Assembly: GCA_016182555.1 (NCBI GenBank)
Contig: JACPGJ010000008.1
Location: forward strand, 386,555-450,554
Direction: 5' to 3'
DNA: 64,000 nucleotides
Origin: Candidatus Kerfeldbacteria bacterium
Lineage (GTDB): Bacteria; Patescibacteriota; Patescibacteriia; UBA9570; XYC2-FULL-38-9
The notes below the pieces were generated by a model. That model was not told the DNA's origin and ran no database searches. It worked only from the letters and a program-made list of their open reading frames with translations. Positions 36,773 to 47,091 of this stretch are shown here, one piece after another. Made by a program: the position numbers and the translations under genes. Every line of letters starts with the position of its first letter. Position 1 is the first letter of the stretch.

Positions 36773-39700
36773 CTATTCTATACGGAACTCAGAACCAACC
36801 AAGTGCATTTGATCAAGAACAGTTCCAGTTTGCGGAAGCACGCCTGCAATAATCACATTATTCCCAAAGAAGTTATCCATACGATCACCTTCCTTCTGAA
36901 ATAGATTCTCCTTGCGCATAATTTCTGCCTCTTGCGAACCAATATACATCGATTGATAATTCTTTCCACCAATTGCTACTGTCGAAAAACTCTCTTTTCC
37001 AATTATGATATCCTTGTACACTGCTGGAATTGAATTTCCTTTTATTGGATAGAATAGTTTTAATTCATCACCTACTCGAACAGTCAATACCGGGTTTCCT
37101 TGGATCTGATCAAACGTTGGTATGGTAAGTATATGATAATCATCAAGAATACTGCCGGTGGGATTGAGTATTCCATTGATAGTGATTGTTGGAATTCCAA
37201 AAAAATTCGCTGTTGAATCCCCGGGTTTCTGAAGCAACTGTTTCTGCTTCATGATACTGGCTTCTGTTGCTCCCACAATCATAGCATTCGCATCAATTGA
37301 GGCATTTCCTTCTACCGATCCCACTGCCGGATCAAATTGATTCACTCCCAAGAAGAGTTTCACTTCATCATCAATATAGGCTATTTTTGTTTTTCCAGAA
37401 GAAATAAAGTTTGTTACTTCAGCTGTACTCTGGGTGGGCATCGTCTGTTCTGACTGTTCTTTTTCCATGCCACTACTCAAACGAGCAAATTGGAAAAATA
37501 CTCCTGTAAAGAGAATAACTAATATCACCGGGGCAATAAACGAAAGGTAATTTCGTTTTTGTGGACGGAATAAACGAAGCAGTAATGCATTCCCTACGAC
37601 TGAGATAGAACTGAATGCCATAGCAAGTCCAGCAAGTTCGGGTTTTAAGACTAAACCAAATGACACAAAGATACGTGCGGCAATTGGTATACCAATAATG
37701 TTGTAAAAAAGTGCAAAGAATAAATTTTGTTTAATTTTATTCATTGTCTCCTTTGCGAGTTGGAATGCAGTCACCACATCACGCAAATCACTCTTCATCA
37801 AAATAATACCACCCGTTTCCATGGCCACATCTGTTCCGGAACCCATTGCAATACCCAAATTCGCTTGAGCGAGAGCAGGTGCATCATTGACCCCGTCCCC
37901 TACCATAGCAACTCTGTTTCCGGCATCTTGTAATTTTTTCACTTCACTGGCTTTATGCTCTGGTAATACTTCAGCGAGTACATTCGTAATGCCTACCTGC
38001 TGTGCAATAGCGTGTGCGGTGCGTTGATTGTCACCTGTAATCATATACACATCCATGCCCATGGTTTGCAATTTTTCAATTGCTTGCTTGGATGTGTCTT
38101 TCACTGTATCCGCAACCGCAACAATACCCACAACTTCCTTTTCTGTTGCCAAAATCATCACCGTTTTCCCTTGTTCTTCTAAACGCACCAGTTTTCGATT
38201 TATTTTATCAATGGATAAACCAACTTTTTCACCAATCAATTTTCTGTTACCGAAGAAATAGACCATCGTATCAACAGTTCCTTGTACACCATGTCCTGGA
38301 ATGGCTTGAAATTGTTGAACATCAGCAAAAGATACAGACTCTTCTTGAGCATAGGAATATATTGCTTCAGCCAGTGGATGTTCAGAGAGTTTCTCTAGGC
38401 TTGCAGCAATTGCCAACACATCATCCTCATCAGTCACACCAAGACTCACCACATCAGTTACTTCTGGCTTCCCTTTTGTGATCGTTCCCGTTTTATCAAA
38501 TATCACCGTCGTAATCTTTTGGGCTGCTTGAAGTGGTTCACCTCCTTTAATCAAGATGCCCTGTTCAGCACCTTTCCCTGTCCCAACCATAATGGCTGTT
38601 GGCGTGGCGAGTCCCAACGCACACGGACAAGCAATTACAATCACCGCGGTAAATGCCATTAACGCAAATGTAATGCTAGCGCCCAGAACGAGATACCATA
38701 CAATGAACGTGAGAATAGCAATACCAATAACAATGGGAACAAACTTCGCAGAAATTCTGTCAGCAAAATTTTGAATCGGCGCTTTTGATCCTTGAGCTTC
38801 TTCAATCAGGCGAATAATTTGAGCGAGCGATGTTTCGCTGCCCACTCGAGTTGCTTCAAATTCGAAGCTCCCTTGTTTATTCATTGTTCCACCAATAACG
38901 GTATCGCCCCCATTTTTTTCGACCGGCAAACTCTCCCCGGTAATCATTGATTCATCTACAGCAGAAGAACCACTCACAATTTTTCCATCAACAGGAATTG
39001 TTTCTCCTGGACGCACAATCACCCTGTCGCCATGCAATACATCCTCTACAGGAATATCTTCTGTGATGCCGCCACGAATAACACGAGCCGTTTTTGCTTG
39101 CAAGCCCATCAGTTTTTTAATGGCATCAGATGTCTTTCCTTTGGTGCGTGATTCTAGCCATTTCCCCAACACCACAAACGTAATCAAGAACGCCGCTGTT
39201 TCAAAATACAATTCACCAATTTTTTCACCACCAACACCAATGAGTGAACGATTATTCACTACGTACAGAATGTAATTTACCAAACTGTAGAAAAACGCTG
39301 TGGATGTTCCAATGGCAATGAGACTATCCATATTAAATGTCTTCATGCGCAAGGAAGACCACATGCCTTTATAAAATCCATAGCCAATCACAAATTGCAC
39401 AGGAATGGTGAGGATAAGTGACACAATGCCAATGTATGGTAAGAGTGTTTGCGCACCGGGCATCCACTTGAAAAAATCGAGCAGCATGAAATAGAACATT
39501 GGAAGACTCAGTACTGCGCTAGCGATAAATTTTTTCCAATATAATCGAATTTCCTTTTGACGTTTTCGTGTTTCAAATTCTGTGTCTTTTACATCAACTT
39601 CTTGCGCTTTGTATCCCGCTTTTTCAACGGCTGCAATCAGTTGTGGAATTTGCACTACACTCGGGTTATACGTCACCAACGCTTTTTCTGCAGCAAAATT

Positions 39701-40408
39701 GGCACTTGCCTGCTGTACCCCATTTACTTTTTTAAGCGAGCGCTCAATAATATTGGCGCACGATGCGCAATGCATACCAGATAACGATAAATTCACCCGC
39801 TTCTGTGTTTCGGTTATTGAATCTATCGGTGTTTTTGCTGAAGCTACGGAAGAAACGGTCGTATGATTCTGTGTATTCGTTGGCGTAATCAATGTTTGCT
39901 GTTCTGGAGAAGAACTAAACAACGTTGATACATGCAGCGATTTCATAATTTGTTCAATCAATCCAACAGCAACGGGAGTTTGATCTTGTCCGTCAAATGT
40001 TGTTTTCTTTTGTGTTTTTACATTTCCATCAAAATATGGTTTCCCATCAGCATCAGAAAATATTTTTCCCTCAGCCTCTATGGTTGTTTCCCACGTTGCT
40101 TTGAATGGTTGCCCATTTTGTTGTTCTGTTTCACTTTTTGGAACGATTGGTGCGTGTTGTTCAGGTTTTTGTACAGATTCAATATTCTCTTCTGATGTCA
40201 GAGTGGCAGTATAGCCAGCACGTGTAATCGCATCAAGAACATCTTGAGTACTTTGTTGAGTTGTATCGAGCATTGCGGTGTATATTCCAGTACGATGGTC
40301 AACAACAATTTCACTCAACCCTGATAACTCCTCACATTCTGCGTGAATGATTTTTTCGCATGCATCGCATGTCATGCCTTGTACTTGTATAGTAATTTTT
40401 TTCTTCAT
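36773..40408 (-). CDS. copA: Cu(I) P1B-ATPase with two HMA domains and a long C-terminal extension
   Basis: [41 protein letters not shown]; about 260 extra C-terminal residues. Confidence 0.93.
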   Translation of the reverse strand: MKKKITIQVQGMTCDACEKIIHAECEELSGLSEIVVDHRTGIYTAMLDTTQQSTQDVLDAITRAGYTATLTSEENIESVQKPEQHAPIVPKSETEQQNGQPFKATWETTIEAEGKIFSDADGKPYFDGNVKTQKKTTFDGQDQTPVAVGLIEQIMKSLHVSTLFSSSPEQQTLITPTNTQNHTTVSSVASAKTPIDSITETQKRVNLSLSGMHCASCANIIERSLKKVNGVQQASANFAAEKALVTYNPSVVQIPQLIAAVEKAGYKAQEVDVKDTEFETRKRQKEIRLYWKKFIASAVLSLPMFYFMLLDFFKWMPGAQTLLPYIGIVSLILTIPVQFVIGYGFYKGMWSSLRMKTFNMDSLIAIGTSTAFFYSLVNYILYVVNNRSLIGVGGEKIGELYFETAAFLITFVVLGKWLESRTKGKTSDAIKKLMGLQAKTARVIRGGITEDIPVEDVLHGDRVIVRPGETIPVDGKIVSGSSAVDESMITGESLPVEKNGGDTVIGGTMNKQGSFEFEATRVGSETSLAQIIRLIEEAQGSKAPIQNFADRISAKFVPIVIGIAILTFIVWYLVLGASITFALMAFTAVIVIACPCALGLATPTAIMVGTGKGAEQGILIKGGEPLQAAQKITTVIFDKTGTITKGKPEVTDVVSLGVTDEDDVLAIAASLEKLSEHPLAEAIYSYAQEESVSFADVQQFQAIPGHGVQGTVDTMVYFFGNRKLIGEKVGLSIDKINRKLVRLEEQGKTVMILATEKEVVGIVAVADTVKDTSKQAIEKLQTMGMDVYMITGDNQRTAHAIAQQVGITNVLAEVLPEHKASEVKKLQDAGNRVAMVGDGVNDAPALAQANLGIAMGSGTDVAMETGGIILMKSDLRDVVTAFQLAKETMNKIKQNLFFALFYNIIGIPIAARIFVSFGLVLKPELAGLAMAFSSISVVGNALLLRLFRPQKRNYLSFIAPVILVILFTGVFFQFARLSSGMEKEQSEQTMPTQSTAEVTNFISSGKTKIAYIDDEVKLFLGVNQFDPAVGSVEGNASIDANAMIVGATEASIMKQKQLLQKPGDSTANFFGIPTITINGILNPTGSILDDYHILTIPTFDQIQGNPVLTVRVGDELKLFYPIKGNSIPAVYKDIIIGKESFSTVAIGGKNYQSMYIGSQEAEIMRKENLFQKEGDRMDNFFGNNVIIAGVLPQTGTVLDQMHLVGSEFRIE

Positions 40409-40423
40409 AAGTGTATGTATTTA

Positions 40424-40627
40424 CTACTCAACAATGGTGTATTCTGTATCTTGAAATACTGCTCGAATTTCATCAAGAGAAATTTCTCTATCAGTTTGAA
40501 TTTCCGTTTTCCCATCCAACCCAGAAATATTCACCTCTTGAACTCCGGCAATTTTTTTGAGTTTCATAGTGCTTAAACGAATACATGCATCACAGTGAAA
40601 GCCCTGTATTATAAATGTAATATTCAT
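40424..40627 (-). CDS. HMA-domain copper chaperone (CopZ-like)
   Basis: IQGFHCDAC; 67 aa from ATG 40627. Confidence 0.85.
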   Translation of the reverse strand: MNITFIIQGFHCDACIRLSTMKLKKIAGVQEVNISGLDGKTEIQTDREISLDEIRAVFQDTEYTIVE

Positions 40628-40644
40628 ATAGATATAAATTATTT

Positions 40645-42486
40645 TTATAGTACGGTAATTGTTCCTCGTGGCACTCCCATTGCACATGTAATTTCATATG
40701 TTCCTGGTTGTGTTGGAGTGAAATTCATTGCAACTGTTTTGCCTTTCTCCAATAACTCTGGTGTATTGTACAATGTAGGAATCATAATAGTGCTCATACA
40801 ACCAGAACCATTTTCTTTTGCTTCAATTTCAAATCGTACTGGTTTTCCAGATTGAACAGTAAATGTATTTGGCTGAATATCTGTATTATATGTATACGCT
40901 GTTTTAATTAACTGTATATCAGCAGAATCTTGTTGCTGAGTAACTCCTTGGATTTTTTCTGCGCTCACGTTACTGCCTGCACCACAACTCCCTGATCCAC
41001 CACCGCATCCACATCCTCCACTTTTTTGAGCATTCCCACAGGAACCTCCCTGCTGCCCAGACGCAATAGCACTATTACTATTTGAATCAACTTGATTTGA
41101 AGTGGGTTGAACATTATTTGTTTGGCTGGCAGGATTAACTACTTCAAATGACCCTCGATACATTCCCATTGAACAAGAAAACGCGATTTTCCCTGTTTCG
41201 GTTGGAGTAAATTCAATAATATTTTCGCCAGCAACAAGCCTCTTTTGTACATTTAATGCTGATGACACTAGACTACTTGCACAAGAATATGAATCCTGTG
41301 CATCAATGATCCATCGAACAGGAATGCCTTTTTGAATAGTAAACTTATTTGGTGAATACCCACGAGCGGTTTCTGTCATACGCACAATTTGCACTCCGTT
41401 TTCCATTGTGACATTTGGGTCGGCTGCAGTGGTTTCATTGGAGTCTGCAAGACCAGCGTTGAATCCAGTGAGATGATATCCATTAGAAATATTAAACAAG
41501 GCAAATAAGATTACGACAACCCCTGCAAACTTGAAGAACCGTTGTGCAAACACTCCTTTGACTGCAGAAGAAATTCCCCCAATACCTAGTAATCCCGGAG
41601 CTGTACCAAGAGCAAATACCCCCATAATGAGAGCACCTTTTGTAAAGCTGCCACTACTCATTGCATATAATTGCATCGCTTGCGTAAATCCACATGGCAA
41701 GAAAAAGGTGAGCGCGCCAAGAACGGCTGCACCTCGGTGGTTATATTCTTTTTCATGCCGCTCGATTCCCAAAAACTTACTAATGCTTGATGGAAGTGTA
41801 ATGCTCACATCGTCTAATTTTGGAAATATGCCAACAAGTTTTGCTCCAAGAAGCAACATGACTACGCCAATAACTAGAGTTAATATACCAAGTGTAATTG
41901 TTGATAGTTGCAATACTGAACCAACTGCTCCCAAAAGACCACCCAGCACTACATACGACGCAATACGTCCAAAATTAAAGAAAAGATGTGGTCGAAATTT
42001 TTGCATGACCGTTGCTTCCGGATGCCTTTCTGCGTGCCGTGCTGACAAACCAAGAATTAATCCACCAACCAAAGCCATACATGTTGAAAATCCTGCGGTT
42101 AGTCCAATAAGTAATACAATGGGAATACTACTTGGGTTTGATCCTGAAGATATATTGATATTCAATAGTCCTGTTTCTTTTAATAGCAGATATGCGCCAA
42201 AAAGAAATAAGAATGCAATACCAAGGTCTTTATAGTCACGTGGATTTTTACTGAGCCACGTTTTCTTATCTGGGTTGCCAATCGAATATCCAGCTTCCTG
42301 AATTGCTTGTTCAACCTCACTCATTTTTGGCTTCTGCTGATCATAATAAATATGTGCTTTGTGGTTTTTATAACTCACTTCTGCTTTTGATACTTCAGGA
42401 ATTTCTGATAATTTATCACCAATGAGAATTTCACATGATCGACAATGCATTCCACGAATAGGAACTGTAAGACAGTGTTTTTTCAT
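40645..42486 (-). CDS. HMA + DsbD_2/TauE-like membrane domain + two cupredoxin-like domains
   Basis: GMHCRSC; STCMALVGG, FNFGRIASY, LPCGFTQAMQ; FSCSMGM and ITCAMG. Confidence 0.85.
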   Translation of the reverse strand: MKKHCLTVPIRGMHCRSCEILIGDKLSEIPEVSKAEVSYKNHKAHIYYDQQKPKMSEVEQAIQEAGYSIGNPDKKTWLSKNPRDYKDLGIAFLFLFGAYLLLKETGLLNINISSGSNPSSIPIVLLIGLTAGFSTCMALVGGLILGLSARHAERHPEATVMQKFRPHLFFNFGRIASYVVLGGLLGAVGSVLQLSTITLGILTLVIGVVMLLLGAKLVGIFPKLDDVSITLPSSISKFLGIERHEKEYNHRGAAVLGALTFFLPCGFTQAMQLYAMSSGSFTKGALIMGVFALGTAPGLLGIGGISSAVKGVFAQRFFKFAGVVVILFALFNISNGYHLTGFNAGLADSNETTAADPNVTMENGVQIVRMTETARGYSPNKFTIQKGIPVRWIIDAQDSYSCASSLVSSALNVQKRLVAGENIIEFTPTETGKIAFSCSMGMYRGSFEVVNPASQTNNVQPTSNQVDSNSNSAIASGQQGGSCGNAQKSGGCGCGGGSGSCGAGSNVSAEKIQGVTQQQDSADIQLIKTAYTYNTDIQPNTFTVQSGKPVRFEIEAKENGSGCMSTIMIPTLYNTPELLEKGKTVAMNFTPTQPGTYEITCAMGVPRGTITVL

Positions 42487-42550
42487 ATAGTATAGTTACT
42501 TGTTTAGAATAGGAAACACAGACACGAGCGTGTCTTAACTGTATACTATT

Positions 42551-42931
42551 CTATTCCCGCAAAATGACTGTATTAAACAAATAATGTGGAAAATACCAGA
42601 ATTGCCGTTGCCACTGAAATAGCGGTCTTACCTGAGGAATGATGAACCAATACATCACGGTCACTAATAACGCAAAAACAAATGGTAGTGAAAAACTGAC
42701 AATATTTACTGGTGAAGCGGCACTCAAACAATGTGAAACACATTCAACAGATTTTTGAATAGGTAATTGACAATCTGCAGATTGAACTTGACATGACTCC
42801 ACGGCAAGGTGTTCATTGCTATGTATAGGTATATGATTCACATTTGAAGAATCATGTATGACAAAAAAAGCACCGCCCCACATATACGCAGCGAATGATA
42901 CTCCAATAATGATACTGATCCAATGCTTCAT
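42551..42931 (-). CDS. Small Cys/His-containing membrane protein leading the copper operon
   Basis: TM, His/Cys loop (ECVSHC), TM; first gene after the operator-containing promoter. Confidence 0.6.
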   Translation of the reverse strand: MKHWISIIIGVSFAAYMWGGAFFVIHDSSNVNHIPIHSNEHLAVESCQVQSADCQLPIQKSVECVSHCLSAASPVNIVSFSLPFVFALLVTVMYWFIIPQVRPLFQWQRQFWYFPHYLFNTVILRE

Positions 42932-42977
42932 AGATTGTGTATAACCTTATTGTTCATCAACTTTCGTTACCAATGAT

Positions 42978-43006
42978 ATAATACCCCTATAGGGTATATG
43001 TGTCAA
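42978..43006 (-). promoter_or_regulatory. Copper-operon promoter with CsoR-type operator
   Basis: Minus strand TTGACA-17-TATTAT enclosing ATACCCCTATAGGGTAT (42981-42997). Confidence 0.85.
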
Positions 43007-43022
43007 TCAATAGTTATATTTT

Positions 43023-43285
43023 TTACTTTATATCTACATTCACTCCAAAATGTTTTTTGTATACCGCTTTACGCTTTTTAAACATTTGCTCAAAGAAACC
43101 AATCCATTGATCATGATAATCATACACCATACACGGTTGCTGCGATCCACGTTGCAAGCGACCAATGTATTGTTTTAATTTGATCGCTGATGAAAATGGG
43201 TACACTAAAAACAGCACATCAAAGTGAACAATATCTGTACCCTCACCTACTAATTGACCAGTTGCGATCACAATTTCAGGCTTTC
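43023..43285 (-). pseudogene. SF2 (DEAD/DEAH-like) helicase C-terminal fragment
   Basis: IVIATGQLVGEGTDI (motif V), QYIGRLQR (motif VI), VYDY.D; the 5' part is replaced by IS sequence. Confidence 0.75.
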
Positions 43286-43532
43286 TGGGGACGTTCGGAA
43301 AATGCTGTGAAAACCCAAATTTGGTTTGCTGTGGCAACATATGCGCTCGTCGCTATCATTCGAAAAAAACTTGAATTGAGTAAAAGCATGCATGAAATTC
43401 TACAAATTTTAAGTATCTCTCTCTTCGATAAAATGTCCGTAAAACAGTTCCTTTCTGAATATGAAAACAGACTCGAAAACAATACATCAAAAAAACAACT
43501 TACTTTACAGGATTTTTAACCGGCCAGTAGTG
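43278..43532 (+). mobile_element. IS4-family remnant: transposase C-terminus plus right terminal repeat
   Basis: AFWGRSENAVKTQIW.A...Y.L.AI..KKL...S..EILQILS.SLF.K...QL, then TTTTTAACCGGCCAGTAGTG (43513-43532). Confidence 0.85.
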
Positions 43533-43552
43533 TGCGACTATTCGTGAATAAC

Positions 43553-43600
43553 AAGAAAAGCTCTACAGACTGTACGCAGGTTTGTAGAGCTTTTTCTTTT
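43553..43600. terminator. Intrinsic terminator hairpin
   Basis: AAGAAAAGCTCTACAGAC...GTTTGTAGAGCTTTTTCTTT. Confidence 0.75.
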
Positions 43601-44137
43601 ATAAAAAATTCTTTGCTGAGAATGTAACTAGTTTGCTAATCGCAATATCTGGATGCTCCTGCATGTAGTGTTGAATAAGAAGAAATCCAAGCGTGTATCC
43701 TGTCCAACGTGGAATATTGCGTTTTTTTGAACCGACGATGTGTTTCCTGTCAGGGTAAAGACAACATAATCTGCTAAGCCCTCGCTCACAATGTTGTCTG
43801 CCAACGTTTTGCCCATTACTCCTGCTTCCCAGCGTTTCACATGACACAATTCATGCGCAATGGTTTGACTAAGTACCGTATGCAAATTCTTCTTTACATC
43901 TTTGTGATCAGGATCAATCGTTATCTGCACAAAATGAGCTGAAGGAGAATATCCACCAATGCCTCCCATATTTTTCAGTGGCTCTGGATATAATGCTTCC
44001 ATCACAAGAATATCTACATTATCGATAGCCAACAACTTTTGTACTTTTTGTGATGTGTGTCGAATAATCCGTTTTGCGTCATTTTGTACTGCATTCAAAC
44101 GCCCAGAACTATTTAATACGTGAATTGAAATACTCAT
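43599..44137 (-). pseudogene. Second DUF2268-like protease, internally deleted and frameshifted
   Basis: HELCH and SEGLAD lie in one frame; the PRWTGYTLG...SKLV..SAKNFL tail (matching 4284-4958) lies in another; the segment between is missing. Confidence 0.75.
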
Positions 44138-44143
44138 ACTATT

Positions 44144-44286
44144 CACTGGTGTCCGGTTAATTTTTTTGAGAGGTAAGAAATTATTTGCAGGTTAGCCAAT
44201 AATTGGTATTTTTGATATTTTTCTCAAATATTGGCTAATTGTAGAATACAATACGATCTGAATGGAAAATTAACGGGACACGAGTG
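44144..44286. mobile_element. 143-bp MITE with IS4-type ends
   Basis: 21-bp TIRs CACTGGTGTCCGGTTAATTTT / CACTCGTGTCCCGTTAATTTT, similar to the IS4 end at 43532; no clear TSD. Confidence 0.75.
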
Positions 44287-44895
44287 ATTTTGGTATAAAC
44301 TTTTTTTGCCATGTTTCATCATTTATTGATGAATAGCCATTTTTATTTAAATAAGGTAAGAAAATACTCTTCCATTTATCCGCAGTCATAGGATTATCGC
44401 TAGTAGATAATCCCATTTTAACTATATGTATACAATCAACATTCTGCATATCTGCTATATGTTGCATATAAGAATCCAATTTTTTATACAACTCTAAACC
44501 AATGCCCTTTGGTAATGTTTCTTGAGAATCAAACTTTTGAATTTGTGTATAAATTTTAAATGGTTCTTCTACCTGTCTAACATAGATAGTTAATTTTATG
44601 TACCCCCCCCTGATTGATTACCTAAAATAAATTCCTCATTTATATCAATCTTTTTTCTCATACCACGATTTTCAAATTCTGTAACTATTCTTCTACAATC
44701 CAATGATATACTTTGTTCACCTAAACACATATTTTCTTTTGCTTGAAATGAGGTAACATCTCTATTCCCATAAACTGGATCGGCTATTTCAGCTATCCAT
44801 TGCAAATCAGCTAATTGAAATTCTGAAAAATTCACACCTTCAATTGGACGTATAGCCAAGTCTGGGTTTTTAAAAAAATAATTTTTTTCAGTCAT
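44270..44895 (-). pseudogene. Single gene split by a G8 tract; GNAT-like motif in the second half
   Basis: The 44270-44491 frame stays open back through the G-run at 44603-44610; G6 or G9 would fuse the two ORFs; contains PKGIGLELY. Confidence 0.6.
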
Positions 44896-45112
44896 AAAAT
44901 TACTATTAAGCTATAATACTATAGCAATTTTCAAATATAATGCCAAATGCAACACATAAACCAATGTTTTGCAGATTACAAAAAAAAATTCAACCATACT
45001 TCATTTATTATTCCCGCCAACAGAACGAGTTTTAAATTTCGTTTGAAAGACAGTATTTTTTGATGTACTTAATGCACATATTTTTCAATTTGATACATCT
45101 ACATTAAACATA

Positions 45113-45754
45113 ATGAAAGACAACTGTAAAAACAGAAGGAGAAACTTGACCACATTTTCAAAAAAAAATACTGATTTATTAAGGCAAAAATTCCTTCCCC
45201 AAATTTTGTCTATTGATGCCCAGGTCACTGAACTGAAAGAATATGCCAAGCGAGAAGGGCTGAATATTGTTTATACTTTTATTGAATCACAGACCGCAAA
45301 AGAACCAGGACGACCCATATTCAACGAAATGCTTGATTTAATGGAACACGGTAATATTAATGGCACCATTTCTTGGCATCCAGATCGCTTGGCAAGAAAC
45401 TCGGTTGATGGTGGCAGAGTCATTCACTTAATTGATAGAGGAAAAATTTGTGCCCTTAAATTTCCCACTTTTTGGTTTGATAACACTCCGCAAGGAAAAT
45501 TTATGCTCAATATTGCTTTTGGGCAATCCAAATACTACATCGACAATTTATCCGAGAATGTCGCTTTTGATAAAGATTATGAAGAACTGAGCAATTTCCT
45601 CAAAACGGTCGGCTTGAACGCCCAATTGCGGGAGCGGAAGGTGGAACTGCAATTCAAAAAACCCTTTCAACTGCTACACAAAACGCGCCTTCGGTTCGGC
45701 GCGCTCGTGGAACAAAATTCACTTCATCCTTACTGGCTGACCGCTGTGGTCTAG
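45113..45754 (+). pseudogene. Large serine recombinase remnant
   Basis: QILSIDAQ..EL, ES.TAK.PGRP.FNEM, W.PDRLARN..DGG, QGKFML.IAFGQSKYY.DNLSENV. The catalytic Y.R.S motif and the recombinase/zinc domains are missing. Confidence 0.8.
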
Positions 45755-45846
45755 AACCTCGGCCATTGCAACCTAGTATACAGTATTTTCCGAGTTACCA
45801 ACAAGGCACCTGAGTCACTTACAGGAGGCAGTAAAAATTTATTAAG

Positions 45847-46878
45847 CTACACCTTTTTTTGAGCACCCACTAAATACCAACCATATTCTTTATAATTTTG
45901 GTCAAGGACTTGTTGCCCCTCATCATTAATTTTGCTCCCATATAACTTGTCTGCTTCTTTCTGAAATCTCAGCATTTGTTTAGTTGCAGAAATAGGAGGA
46001 GAGAGAGTTTTCCATTGTTGTCCTAAACTAGCAAGATCTGATTGAGTTTTAGTAAATTTTTTGTAATTACTTTTTCTCGCTTTAGCTTGAAAAGTTGTAT
46101 CTCCATGCTTTTGGGTAATAGAAAGGTTTTGGGACATCCCCATAATAACACTTGCTTGTTCCTTAGTATATTTATCCAAAATATTAGTTAAATTACCATA
46201 CCCCAAGCTTGAATCAAACATCGATTTTTCATAGTAACAATCAATTTTACTTTGCCCAAGAATTTCTTTTATATGATCCGGATCTCTAATGTCACCATTC
46301 GCAATAGTAATCTCTCGTAATCGTTTTTGCGATTCACCTGGATACGCCCAAGGAAAAGATAACTGAATAGAACATGCTCCCTGAACTTTACTAATTTGTA
46401 CTTTATGGAGATCAACTCCTAAAGAACGTAACTCTAATATAATTAGATATGCTGCGTCACTTTCCTCAATAATATTTGCATGATAGAATCCAGATCGTCT
46501 TTTCTTGAATAAAATTTCTTTATTAATAGGATTTTCATCTTGCCATTCATCAATAATTTTCTGAAAATTTTCTACCTGAACCGGACCATAACTCAACCCA
46601 CCAAATTTAATATCAACTCCAATAACATGTGTGGCATCCGACAATAATAATGCCGAACTAATATCAGGGCCAATCCCGCCATACAAGATGCCAAACTCGC
46701 TGTCTTTTTGTGTGGCTGCAGCATCTCCCCTGATTCTTTCTTTCCAACTCATAAAATAGGCTGCCTGTTCTGGAGAATATAAACCACTCTCAACAATAGA
46801 AGATCGTTTAGCAGTATCAAAAATGCGCTTGTACTCAGGATCAATATTATTTCGTTCTATTGTTGATCTTGGTTCCAT
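45847..46878 (-). CDS. Hypothetical protein, possibly methyltransferase-like fold
   Basis: ILYGGIGPD...VIGVD resembles a SAM-binding Rossmann start; AT-rich. Confidence 0.5.
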   Translation of the reverse strand: MEPRSTIERNNIDPEYKRIFDTAKRSSIVESGLYSPEQAAYFMSWKERIRGDAAATQKDSEFGILYGGIGPDISSALLLSDATHVIGVDIKFGGLSYGPVQVENFQKIIDEWQDENPINKEILFKKRRSGFYHANIIEESDAAYLIILELRSLGVDLHKVQISKVQGACSIQLSFPWAYPGESQKRLREITIANGDIRDPDHIKEILGQSKIDCYYEKSMFDSSLGYGNLTNILDKYTKEQASVIMGMSQNLSITQKHGDTTFQAKARKSNYKKFTKTQSDLASLGQQWKTLSPPISATKQMLRFQKEADKLYGSKINDEGQQVLDQNYKEYGWYLVGAQKKV

Positions 46879-46935
46879 ACTAATATAATGCTGTATATTT
46901 TAGGTTGGCGGGTCACCTCTAGAACTTTGTAAACT

Positions 46936-47010
46936 TGGCTGGGGAGGTAGGGATCGAACCCACGAATGGCAGGACCAGAACCTGCTGCCTTACCGCTTGG
47001 CGACTCCCCA
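46936..47010 (-). tRNA. tRNA-Gln (CTG), CCA encoded
   Basis: TGGGGAG...GCAGG-TTCTGGT-CCTGC...GGTTCGATCC...CTCCCCAGCCA. Confidence 0.96.
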
Positions 47011-47091
47011 ATAGAGTTTCTATACAATAGCGAACCAGCCAAAAAATTTCAAGAGCACCATAACAGAGCACCGTATAGATGCAACGTTTTC

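Larger units (their letters stand above)
28835..46936. mobile_element. Putative degraded integrative island ending at the tRNA-Gln 3' end
   Basis: Related att-like sequences at 28835-28853 and 45728-45746, a serine recombinase remnant, IS debris, metal-resistance cargo and AT-rich orphans. Confidence 0.5.

Noticed and set aside
41531-42235. Long antisense ORF (234 aa) and similar shadow ORFs
   Set aside because: They lie opposite well-supported genes and carry no motifs; codon-bias shadows.
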